64,000 nucleotides of DNA from Gemmatimonadales bacterium (GTDB taxonomy: Bacteria; Gemmatimonadota; Gemmatimonadetes; Gemmatimonadales; GWC2-71-9): NCBI GenBank assembly GCA_035488835.1, contig DATHKX010000037.1:1602-65601 (forward strand), in the 5' to 3' direction. The notes beneath the pieces were generated by a model. It saw nothing but the letters and a program-made list of their open reading frames with translations, was not told where the DNA came from and ran no database searches. The position numbers were made by a program, and so were the translations under genes. This document shows positions 8,400 to 17,102 of this stretch, one piece after another. The first letter of the stretch is position 1; each line of letters opens with the position of its first letter.

Positions 8400-9216
8400 C
8401 CTGCTGCGGCTCGTCCGGATCCACAACCTGCTGGTTGCCGCGGCCGGCGTGCTCGCCGGCGGCTGGATCGCGCTCGGCGCGCTCCAGACGCCCAACGTCC
8501 TGGCGCTTGCGGCGGTGGCCGCGGTCGGGTTCGGGATGGCGGGCAACGTGCTCAACGACATCTGGGACCAGGCCGCCGACCGCGTGAACCGGCCCGGCGG
8601 GGCACGCCCGCTCGCCGCCGGCCGCGTGACCCGCGGCACGGCCGACCTGTGCGTCGCCGGCGGCGCGGTGGTCGGGTTCGGTGCCGCGGCGCTCGTCAAC
8701 GGGACCGCCGTGCTGGTAGGCCTCGCGGCCTTCGTCGTGCTCGCGCTGTATTCGCCCGTGCTCAAGCGCCGGGGCGTTGTGGGGAACGTGGCCGTGGCGC
8801 TCGTCGCCGGCCTGCCGCTCATGTACGGCGCCATCGCCGTCGGACACGCGGCCGCGGGAATCGTGCCCTGGATCCTCGCCGCCTGGATCCACTTGGTGCG
8901 CGAGATCGTGAAAGACATCGACGACCAGGCGGGGGACCAAACGCTCGGGCGTCGCACCTTGCCGCTCGTCCTCGGGGCCCGGCGTGCGAGCGTGGTGGCG
9001 GCGGGGCTCGCCGCGGCGTTCGTGCCGGTGTCGCTCGCGCTGCCCGCCCGGGCCCACTACCGCGGCGGGTACTTTCTCATCGCCCTGTTCGCGCAGCTCA
9101 TCGTGCTGGCGGTCGCGAGCCGATTGTTCACGGGGCGCATGCAGGGAAACAGTCGACTACTCAAAGGAGCGATGCTCGCGGGGATCGTGGCGCTCGTGGC
9201 GGGGCGGGTCACATGA
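8392..9216 (+). CDS. UbiA-family polyprenyltransferase (DGGGP-synthase-like)
   Basis: 274-aa polytopic membrane ORF with the two Asp-rich UbiA motifs: NVLNDIWDQAADRVNRP and VKDIDDQAGDQTLGRRTLP. It overlaps bshA by 8 nt. Confidence 0.8.
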   Translation: MTDLLRLVRIHNLLVAAAGVLAGGWIALGALQTPNVLALAAVAAVGFGMAGNVLNDIWDQAADRVNRPGGARPLAAGRVTRGTADLCVAGGAVVGFGAAALVNGTAVLVGLAAFVVLALYSPVLKRRGVVGNVAVALVAGLPLMYGAIAVGHAAAGIVPWILAAWIHLVREIVKDIDDQAGDQTLGRRTLPLVLGARRASVVAAGLAAAFVPVSLALPARAHYRGGYFLIALFAQLIVLAVASRLFTGRMQGNSRLLKGAMLAGIVALVAGRVT

Positions 9217-9995
9217 CGCTGTGGCAAGGCATCATACTCGGCTTGGTGCAGGGGCTGACGGAGTTCCTGCCCGTGTCCAGCTCGGGGCACCTGCGGGTGC
9301 TCGAGGTGGTGACCGGTGTGCACACCCCGGGTGTCTTCGTGGAGGTGGCGCTGCACGTGGCGACTCTGGGGTCGGTGTTGGTCATGTACGGGCCGCGGCT
9401 GTGGGCCATCGCGCGCGGCGTCCTGGCGCGGCGGCCGGCGGAATTACGCATGGCGGGACTGCTGGCGCTCGCCACGGTGCCGGCGGGCGTCATCGGCGTG
9501 GTGTTTCATCGGCAGGTCGAGGCGGCCGCCTCGCTGGTGCTCGTGGGCGCGGGCTTCATCGTGACTGGGTTGATGAACTGGTCCACGCGACGGCTCGCCG
9601 GCAGCCGCTCGGAGCCCACGGTCGGGGGCGCGGTGGGCATCGGGTTCGCGCAGGCGCTGGCAGCCGTGTTTCGTGGCGTCTCTCGTTCCGGCTCGACTGT
9701 GTGCGCCGCGCTGTGGGGCGGCCTCGGCCCGGTCGCAGCGGCGGAGTTCAGCTTCCTGCTCGCGATTCCAGTCATCGCGGGCGCCGCGCTGATCGAGAGT
9801 CGGCACATGGCGGTGAACATCGCAGCCGTCGGGGCCGTGCCCCTCGCGGTGAGCTTCGCCCTCGCGTTCGCGAGCGGCATCTGGTCGATCCGGTTTCTTG
9901 TGGCGCTGCTCAAGCGCGGTCGCTTCTATGCCTTCGCACCATACAACTGGATCGTCGGCGTGCTGACGATCGCGTACGCGGTGTGGCGCGGCTGA
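9213..9995 (+). CDS. uppP: Undecaprenyl-diphosphatase
   Basis: Track ORF trimmed to ATG 9213 (ATGA overlap with the upstream stop). The N-terminus GLVQGLTEFLPVSSSGHL is the BacA/UppP signature. The protein is polytopic and carries the second conserved block SRSGST. Confidence 0.95.
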   Translation: MTLWQGIILGLVQGLTEFLPVSSSGHLRVLEVVTGVHTPGVFVEVALHVATLGSVLVMYGPRLWAIARGVLARRPAELRMAGLLALATVPAGVIGVVFHRQVEAAASLVLVGAGFIVTGLMNWSTRRLAGSRSEPTVGGAVGIGFAQALAAVFRGVSRSGSTVCAALWGGLGPVAAAEFSFLLAIPVIAGAALIESRHMAVNIAAVGAVPLAVSFALAFASGIWSIRFLVALLKRGRFYAFAPYNWIVGVLTIAYAVWRG

Positions 9996-10735
9996 CCCTC
10001 GACGGCGTGGCCGCCGCCGATCTTGCTGGGCGCTGGGGCGTGCCGCAGTGCGGCCTGTTCCGCGAACTCGGCTCGACCTTCAACGCCATTCACGACCTCG
10101 CCGCTCAGGGCGCCCCGGCGGGGACGGTGGTGATCGCCGAGGAGCAGACGGCGGGGCGGGGACGCGACGGACGCACCTGGCACTCGCCGGCGGGTGGAGT
10201 CTGGCTCGGCATGCTGCTGCGTCCGGCGCGCGCCGAGCTGGGCGTCATCTCGGTGCGCGTCGGGCTCGCCGTCGCCGATGCGGTGGACGCCCTGCTGGGC
10301 CGTGTCGAGACCCGCCTCAAGTGGCCGAACGACGTGTTGCTGGGGGAGCGCAAGCTCGCGGGGATCCTGTGCGAGGGCCGCTGGCACGGCGAGACCCTGC
10401 AGTGGCTGGCGGTGGGCGTGGGCGTCAACGTGCGCAACGTGATTCCGGCGGCCGTCGCGCGTCGCGCGGTGGCGCTCGAGGAATGGCTGCCCGCGATCCG
10501 CCGGCTCGATGTCCTGGATCGCCTCGTCCCGGCGATCGCGGGGCTTGCATCGGGCGAGCCGGCTCTGAGCGAGCGCGAGTGCGCTGCATTCGCGGCGCGC
10601 GACTGGTTGCAGGGGCGCCAGCTCCGCTCGCCTGCCGCCGGCCGCGCGCGCGGCCTCCGCCCCGACGGCGCGCTGCTCGTCGATCTCGGCGCGGCGACGA
10701 TCGCGGTACGCGAGGGTCACGTCGAGCTGGCGTGA
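9983..10735 (+). CDS. birA: Biotin--[acetyl-CoA-carboxylase] ligase (no N-terminal HTH evident)
   Basis: Frame of track ORF 8984..10735. Motifs are EEQTAGRGRDGRTWHSPAGGVWLGMLLRP and KWPNDVLLGERKLAGIL. The start is uncertain (GTG 9983, CTG 9992 or GTG 10007). About 250 aa, so no room for a repressor HTH. Confidence 0.85.
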   Translation: MARLTLDGVAAADLAGRWGVPQCGLFRELGSTFNAIHDLAAQGAPAGTVVIAEEQTAGRGRDGRTWHSPAGGVWLGMLLRPARAELGVISVRVGLAVADAVDALLGRVETRLKWPNDVLLGERKLAGILCEGRWHGETLQWLAVGVGVNVRNVIPAAVARRAVALEEWLPAIRRLDVLDRLVPAIAGLASGEPALSERECAAFAARDWLQGRQLRSPAAGRARGLRPDGALLVDLGAATIAVREGHVELA

Positions 10736-10744
10736 AGGAGGCGG

Positions 10745-10784
10745 TACCGTCCTCTACCGTCCTCTACCGCCTTCTACCATCTTC
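10745..10784. repeat. Four tandem 10-bp units (TACCGTCCTC x2, TACCGCCTTC, TACCATCTTC) in the birA-coaX spacer
   Basis: Read directly from the sequence. The units run 10745-54, 10755-64, 10765-74 and 10775-84. The tract is pyrimidine-rich on the coding strand and ends 8 nt before the coaX ATG. Confidence 0.85.
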
Positions 10785-10791
10785 TTGCCTC

Positions 10792-11571
10792 ATGCTCCTC
10801 GCCATCAATATCAACAACACTGAAACGAAGGTCGGGCTGTTTCGCGGCGAGAGCCTCGAGGCCCACTGGCGGCTCACGACCACGCCCTCGCGCACGCCGG
10901 ACGAGTGGGCCGCCACGCTCACGTCGTATCTGGCGCAGGAGGGCCGGTCCACCCAGGAAGTCCGCGCCGCCGTCGTGGCGTCGGTAGTGCCGCCCGTGAC
11001 CCAGGGGCTGTGCGAGGCGGTGGAGCGAGCGACGACCGTGCGCCCGGTGGTGGTGGACGGCCGCTCCCGGCTTCCGATTACGCTCGACGTGGAGGAGCCG
11101 CTGCAAGTGGGGGCGGACCGCATCCTCAACACGCTCGCCGCGGCGCAGCTGTTTCGGCGCGACACTATCGTCGTCGATTTCGGAACCGCGACCACGTTCG
11201 ATTGCATTACCGCGGACGGCCACTTTCTGGGAGGCGTGATCATGCCCGGGATCCGCACCGCGTCGGACGCGCTGATCCGCGGGACGGCCAAGCTGCCCGC
11301 GACGGACCTGATGCCGCCGGTGCGCACCATTGGACGGCGCACCGAGGAGGCGATCCGCTCGGGTGTGTTGCTTGGCACGGCCGACGCCGTAGACGGGATC
11401 GTGCGTCGCATCAAGGCCGAGTGGCCCAACGGCCACACGCCGCAGGTCATCGCCACCGGCGGCCTCGCGAGCCTAGTCGCGCCCCTGGTCCGCGAGATCG
11501 AATCGGTGCACCCGGACCTCACCCTCACCGGGCTCCGCATCGCCGCTACGGCGCTGGGCCTGAAGTGGTAG
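10792..11571 (+). CDS. coaX: Type III pantothenate kinase
   Basis: ATG 10792 in the frame of track ORF 10048..11571. The N-terminus MLLAININNTETKVGLF and the blocks VVDFGTATTFD and ATGGLA are typical CoaX/Baf motifs. Adjacency to birA is a common arrangement. Confidence 0.9.
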   Translation: MLLAININNTETKVGLFRGESLEAHWRLTTTPSRTPDEWAATLTSYLAQEGRSTQEVRAAVVASVVPPVTQGLCEAVERATTVRPVVVDGRSRLPITLDVEEPLQVGADRILNTLAAAQLFRRDTIVVDFGTATTFDCITADGHFLGGVIMPGIRTASDALIRGTAKLPATDLMPPVRTIGRRTEEAIRSGVLLGTADAVDGIVRRIKAEWPNGHTPQVIATGGLASLVAPLVREIESVHPDLTLTGLRIAATALGLKW

Positions 11572-12485
11572 TCGACGCCCGCGCGCTGAACGCTTGGCGC
11601 CGCTGGGGCTATCGGCTGCTGCCGGGCGATGTCTTCTCCTACGTGCTCCACCTGCGCCCCGCCGAGTGGCCGATCATGGCGGGGCACACATTGCTCGGCT
11701 ACGTGCTGGCCGTGGGTCTCAGGGGAGCGTGGAGCGGGGAGCGGTTGCTGCCGGCGCTCCTGGCGCTCGCGGTGTGGGTCGTTTTCCTGAACGGCGGCAC
11801 GCTCGCGATCAATTCCGTGTTCGACAAGGATGAGGGTGACATCGGCTACCTCAATGCGCCGCCCCCGCTGCCGCGCCACCTGCTCGCGTTCAGCGTGGCG
11901 CTGCTCGCCGGCGGTCAGCTGATCAGCTTCGCGCTTCCACCCGCGTTCCGCGTCGCGTACGCCATCTGTTTCGTGCTGTCGATTCTCTACTCGGTGCCGC
12001 CGTTCCGCTTCAAGGCGGTGGCGGGCGTCGACTGGGTGATCAACATGTGGGGCTTCGGGACGCTCACGCCGTTTGCCGGCTGGGCCGCCACGGGCCGCCC
12101 GCTCGATGCGGGCCACGCCCTCGTCCTGCTCGGCTTCTGCCCACTGTTCGCCGGGCTCTATCCGCTCACTCAGCTGTATCAGATGGAGGAAGATCGCCGC
12201 CGGGGCGACCGGACCCTCGCCCTGCTCCTGGGCATGCGGGCGAGCCTCGGCGTCGCGATCGGGTGTACCGCGCTGGCGTTCGCGCTGTTCTGGTGGGCGG
12301 CGGCCGTGCTTGGAGTCCAGGGGTGGTTGCTCCTCGTGCCGCTCGTCGCGTGGCTGGCGGTGCTCCTGCCCTGGTACCGGCGTCGCGAGGCGCTCCGTGC
12401 GGCCGGCCACCAGCGCGGGATGTACCGGGCGCTCGCCGCGTGGGCCGTTACCGATCTCGTGGTCTTGCTGGTGTTTGCCCGGTGA
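11565..12485 (+). CDS. UbiA-superfamily prenyltransferase, substrate unknown
   Basis: GTG 11565 overlaps the coaX stop (an alternative ATG lies near 11676). The protein is polytopic, with Asp-rich motifs NSVFDKDEGD and YQMEEDRRRGDRTLALLLG. Confidence 0.7.
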   Translation: MVVDARALNAWRRWGYRLLPGDVFSYVLHLRPAEWPIMAGHTLLGYVLAVGLRGAWSGERLLPALLALAVWVVFLNGGTLAINSVFDKDEGDIGYLNAPPPLPRHLLAFSVALLAGGQLISFALPPAFRVAYAICFVLSILYSVPPFRFKAVAGVDWVINMWGFGTLTPFAGWAATGRPLDAGHALVLLGFCPLFAGLYPLTQLYQMEEDRRRGDRTLALLLGMRASLGVAIGCTALAFALFWWAAAVLGVQGWLLLVPLVAWLAVLLPWYRRREALRAAGHQRGMYRALAAWAVTDLVVLLVFAR

Positions 12486-12552
12486 GAGCCCGCGCTTAGA
12501 TTTCCGCGGCGGGCCCCCCGCCCCCACCCTCATTGACGAGGAGAGACGACCC

Positions 12553-13161
12553 ATGTCGGCCACTGCGGCACCCGCGGCTTCGGACCGCTCGGACTTCCGC
12601 ACCGTCACGGTGGGCGGTGCCAAGCTCGGCGTCGCGACAGCGGTAGCGGTCGTCGCGTTCCTCGCGGCGTCGCGGCTCGTGCCGATCGCCGCTGGCCTGC
12701 GGGGCGGGGTCACGGCGCTCATTGTGCTGGCGGCCGGTGTGGCCGTCGCGTTCCTTCCCGCCCAGTGGACGGTCGCGCGGAGCACCGAAGGCATCGCGGG
12801 CGCCGCAGCCGTGGGCCTCGTCGCCACCATAGTGTTCAGCGCCATCGATATCGCCCTGCTGCGGCCCTTCAAAGCATATCCCTGGACCTGGGACGCGATC
12901 GGTGGCGGCAGCACGTGGTGGTACCTCCCCGTTTGGTGGATGCTGGGGACATTCCTGGCGTGGATGGGTGGGATCGTGACCGCGGCGGGCGGCGAGGCGA
13001 CGCTCGCGCGGCGTGCCCTCCCGGCGGTCGCGGGAACCATCATCGTGGCGGCGATCGGACGGCTCGCTGGCGTCCCGGTCGACTTCCCGGTCATCACGGG
13101 TGCCGCCTTCACGCTCGTGCTCGCGGCGCTCGCCCTCGTCGCCTTGGCCCGTAAGGGCTAG
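12553..13161 (+). CDS. Hypothetical polytopic membrane protein
   Basis: ATG 12553 is preceded by GAGGAG. About 202 aa with several hydrophobic helices (VAVVAFLAASRLVPIAAGL, WWYLPVWWMLGTFLAWMGGIV). I recognise no family. Confidence 0.5.
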   Translation: MSATAAPAASDRSDFRTVTVGGAKLGVATAVAVVAFLAASRLVPIAAGLRGGVTALIVLAAGVAVAFLPAQWTVARSTEGIAGAAAVGLVATIVFSAIDIALLRPFKAYPWTWDAIGGGSTWWYLPVWWMLGTFLAWMGGIVTAAGGEATLARRALPAVAGTIIVAAIGRLAGVPVDFPVITGAAFTLVLAALALVALARKG

Positions 13162-13179
13162 CGCGCGGGAAGGGGCGAC

Positions 13180-13464
13180 GTGCCCCGCTGGCTCGCTCAC
13201 CTGCTCGTCGTCGTCGGATGGCTCCTGACGCCCGTCCTGGCGTGGTCGGCGTCGTACGTCGGGCTGTGGGCCGGCGCGCTGGTAGCCGCCCGTTTCACGC
13301 GCCCGGTCACCATGCTCGTCGTGGCAGCCGCCGTTGCCACACTCTCCGGGTTCACCGCTCTTTTTCTGTGGGTCCGCTTCATGCACCGGGTCCCGCACCT
13401 CTTGTCCCATCACATGGCGCCACGCACGTCGGAGGAGCAGCGCGCCGTTGCCGCGGCTGACTAG
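13180..13464 (+). CDS. Hypothetical small membrane protein
   Basis: 94-aa ORF with three predicted TM helices. It lies on the same strand as its neighbours. No recognisable family. Confidence 0.4.
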   Translation: MPRWLAHLLVVVGWLLTPVLAWSASYVGLWAGALVAARFTRPVTMLVVAAAVATLSGFTALFLWVRFMHRVPHLLSHHMAPRTSEEQRAVAAAD

Positions 13465-14434
13465 GGCCTGGCGGCTCACGCCGCTCCTGCTCCTCCCGGC
13501 TACGCTCGGGGCGCAGGGAGGGGGTCGGGGGCTGGAGCTCCATCTCGGGCGCTGGTACAACGGCAATCACGCCGACGTCTACGAGCTCCGGACCACGACA
13601 CGGCTGGGCGGACCGTTCACCCATGGATTCGCACTCACCCTCCTCGTGAACGACACCCTGGGCCGGCGCCGGGCCTTCTACGGTCTGGGTTACGAGATGC
13701 AGGTCGGAAGGGGCCGGGCCACTCTTGGACCATACGCGCTCACGGGACTCGCGCTGGGACTTTCCACCGACACGTCCACGCAGGAGCTCGCCGCTCAGTG
13801 GACCCTGGGAGGCGGGCTCGAATGGCGGCCGCTCTCCTGGTTTGCCCTGGGAGGCGAGCTGCGTTATCGCCTCGAGGATCGGGGCCCGAGAGGGTTCTGG
13901 AATCCACGCCCCGATGCGCGCAAGGGCGTGAGCGCGACGCTCGGGGTGTCGTTCGGATTGGGGAGGAGTGCAGGGGGAAGCGGGAGGCGTGGGAACGGCG
14001 CCCCGCCGGACCTGCCGCCACCGCTGCCGCCCGCGACCATCTCCGGCAACGCAGCCGATGTGGTGCAGACGGCACTCGAAGCCCTGGGGACGCCGTACAT
14101 CTGGGGCGGTACGGCCGACAACGGGTTCGATTGTTCCGGGCTGGTTCAGTACGCCTACGGCCAGCACGGCATTCGGCTGCCGCGCATGAGCCGCGATCAG
14201 GCGCGCTCCGGGGCCGAGGTCCCGCCCGTAATCGATGCACTCCGTCCGGGCGACATCCTGCTCTTGTCGGCCCGCCCCGGCGCGGGTGTGACTCACGTGG
14301 GGATGTACGTGGGCGAGCTCAAGTTCATCCACAGCTCGAACCGGGGCGTGAAGCTGTCGCGCCTGGACCCGCAGGATCCGCAGGGCGCGTATTGGCTGGA
14401 TCGGTGGGTGGGGGCGCGGAGGATCATACCGTGA
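13448..14434 (+). CDS. Outer-membrane beta-barrel-like domain fused to NlpC/P60 (C40) peptidoglycan endopeptidase
   Basis: There is a signal peptide (LLLLPATLGAQ), followed by about eight amphipathic beta-strand-like segments (LELHLGRW, YELRTTTRL, FALTLLV, YGLGYEMQV, ALTGLALGLS, WTLGGGLEWR, FALGGELRYRL, VSATLGVSFGL). The C-terminus has the C40 motifs GTPYIWGGTADNGFDCSGLV, THVGMYVG and FIHSS. The start is uncertain (TTG 13448 or CTG 13457). Confidence 0.75.
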   Translation: MPRLTRAWRLTPLLLLPATLGAQGGGRGLELHLGRWYNGNHADVYELRTTTRLGGPFTHGFALTLLVNDTLGRRRAFYGLGYEMQVGRGRATLGPYALTGLALGLSTDTSTQELAAQWTLGGGLEWRPLSWFALGGELRYRLEDRGPRGFWNPRPDARKGVSATLGVSFGLGRSAGGSGRRGNGAPPDLPPPLPPATISGNAADVVQTALEALGTPYIWGGTADNGFDCSGLVQYAYGQHGIRLPRMSRDQARSGAEVPPVIDALRPGDILLLSARPGAGVTHVGMYVGELKFIHSSNRGVKLSRLDPQDPQGAYWLDRWVGARRIIP

Positions 14435-14844
14435 AACTCGTCATCGCCTTAACCGTGAACGCCTCTATCCTCGCCTGCGCCCCCCCCGCCCGCTACGAGC
14501 AGCCCTCCGCGCTGCGCGGGTACGAGATCCTCATCACGCGGCGCGACTCCCTGGGCCAGGGTATCGCGGAGGGACTCCGGCGCCGCGGGTTCACCGTGCG
14601 GCGGCATGTGCGGGGCGGGAGCAGACCCACCGCGTACCTGCTGGTATTCACGTTCCGTGAAGCGGAGCCGCCGGCTCTCACCTGGCTCCATGTGCGCCTG
14701 GCCGATACCCGCACCGGGGCGATCGTGGCCGCCGTGTCGGTGCCGCTCGACTCCCTGGGGGCCACGACGCCGGACCACGCCCGGGCGATCGTGGACTCAC
14801 TCGCCGCCTCCCCCGCTCTGGGACGCCAGATATCGCCCCCTTGA
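14431..14844 (+). CDS. Hypothetical lipoprotein
   Basis: GTG 14431 overlaps the upstream TGA. The N-terminus VKLVIALTVNASILAC carries a lipobox-like L-A-C. 137 aa, no recognisable family. Confidence 0.5.
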   Translation: MKLVIALTVNASILACAPPARYEQPSALRGYEILITRRDSLGQGIAEGLRRRGFTVRRHVRGGSRPTAYLLVFTFREAEPPALTWLHVRLADTRTGAIVAAVSVPLDSLGATTPDHARAIVDSLAASPALGRQISPP

Positions 14845-14882
14845 CTTGCCACGGCCGCCGGGAGAGATTCCTCGCGGTTGAC

Positions 14883-14909
14883 TTAGCACTCTCCAGGCGA
14901 GAGTGCTAA
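14883..14909. promoter_or_regulatory. CIRCE operator (HrcA binding site)
   Basis: TTAGCACTC-N9-GAGTGCTAA is a perfect match to the CIRCE consensus. It lies 56 nt upstream of the groES ATG. TTGACT hexamers occur at 14841 and 14878. Confidence 0.9.
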
Positions 14910-14964
14910 CAACGTTGTTCCACAGACACTTAGAACCAGGTACCGAGGTGGAGGATTGAGCACC

Positions 14965-15279
14965 ATGGCAACCGCAACGGCTAGGAAGACGACGCTCAAG
15001 ATCTTCCCGCTGGCGGATCGGGTAGCCATTCGGCCGATGGAGGAGACCGAGACGATGAAGGGCGGTCTCTACATCCCCGACACGGCGAAGGAAAAGCCGA
15101 TCCAGGGCGAGGTGATCGCAGTAGGTCCCGGGCGCCGGGAGAAGGATGCGCTGGTCCCGATGGAGCTGAAGGTCGGGGACCGGGTGGTCTACGGCAAGTA
15201 CAGCGGCAGTCAGGTAGAGCTCGAGGGTGAAGAGATCATCCTCATCAAGGAATCGGACGTCATCGCCAAGCTTGGCTGA
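14965..15279 (+). CDS. groES: Co-chaperonin GroES
   Basis: Motifs are [36 protein letters not shown] and [14 protein letters not shown] 14965 lies 9 nt after GGAGGA. The track start TTG 14956 is less likely. Confidence 0.97.
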   Translation: MATATARKTTLKIFPLADRVAIRPMEETETMKGGLYIPDTAKEKPIQGEVIAVGPGRREKDALVPMELKVGDRVVYGKYSGSQVELEGEEIILIKESDVIAKLG

Positions 15280-15300
15280 CGCTTCTAGGAGGAAACGGAC

Positions 15301-16941
<1,641 letters not shown>

Positions 16942-16943
16942 GC

Positions 16944-17005
16944 ACTAGACGCACAGACGCAACAGACGCACAAAGAACTAGACGCACAGACGCAACAGAC
17001 GCACA
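16944..17005. repeat. 29-bp direct repeat x2 (ACTAGACGCACAGACGCAACAGACGCACA), giving six AGACGCA heptamers in the groEL 3' region
   Basis: The two copies, 16944-16972 and 16977-17005, are identical. AGACGCA starts at 16947, 16955, 16964, 16980, 16988 and 16997. A seventh, inverted copy (CTGTGCGTCTG) lies at 17062-17072. Confidence 0.9.
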
Positions 17006-17019
17006 GTGGTGAACAGGCT

Positions 17020-17056
17020 GGAGGGAGCAGGGGTTCTCTGCTCCCTCTTTGCTATT
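17020..17056 (+). terminator. Rho-independent terminator of groESL
   Basis: Perfect 10-bp stem GAGGGAGCAG (17021-30) / CTGCTCCCTC (17038-47) with a 7-nt loop, followed by TTTGCTATT. Confidence 0.8.
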
Positions 17057-17102
17057 CTCCCCTGTGCGTCTGGCCGTTGCCGGTCCTAGTATCTTTGGCC
17101 CC

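Noticed and set aside
10764-13112. 782-aa minus-strand ORF
   Set aside because: It is antisense to coaX, the second UbiA gene and the membrane protein gene, all of which have clear motifs or TM patterns. The composition is low-complexity Arg/Ala/Pro. This is a shadow ORF.
16944-17005. 29-bp direct repeats, considered as a minimal CRISPR array
   Set aside because: There are only two copies separated by 4 nt, so there is no spacer-sized unique sequence. There are no cas genes, and the repeats have internal heptamer substructure. I report it as a regulatory or repeat element instead.
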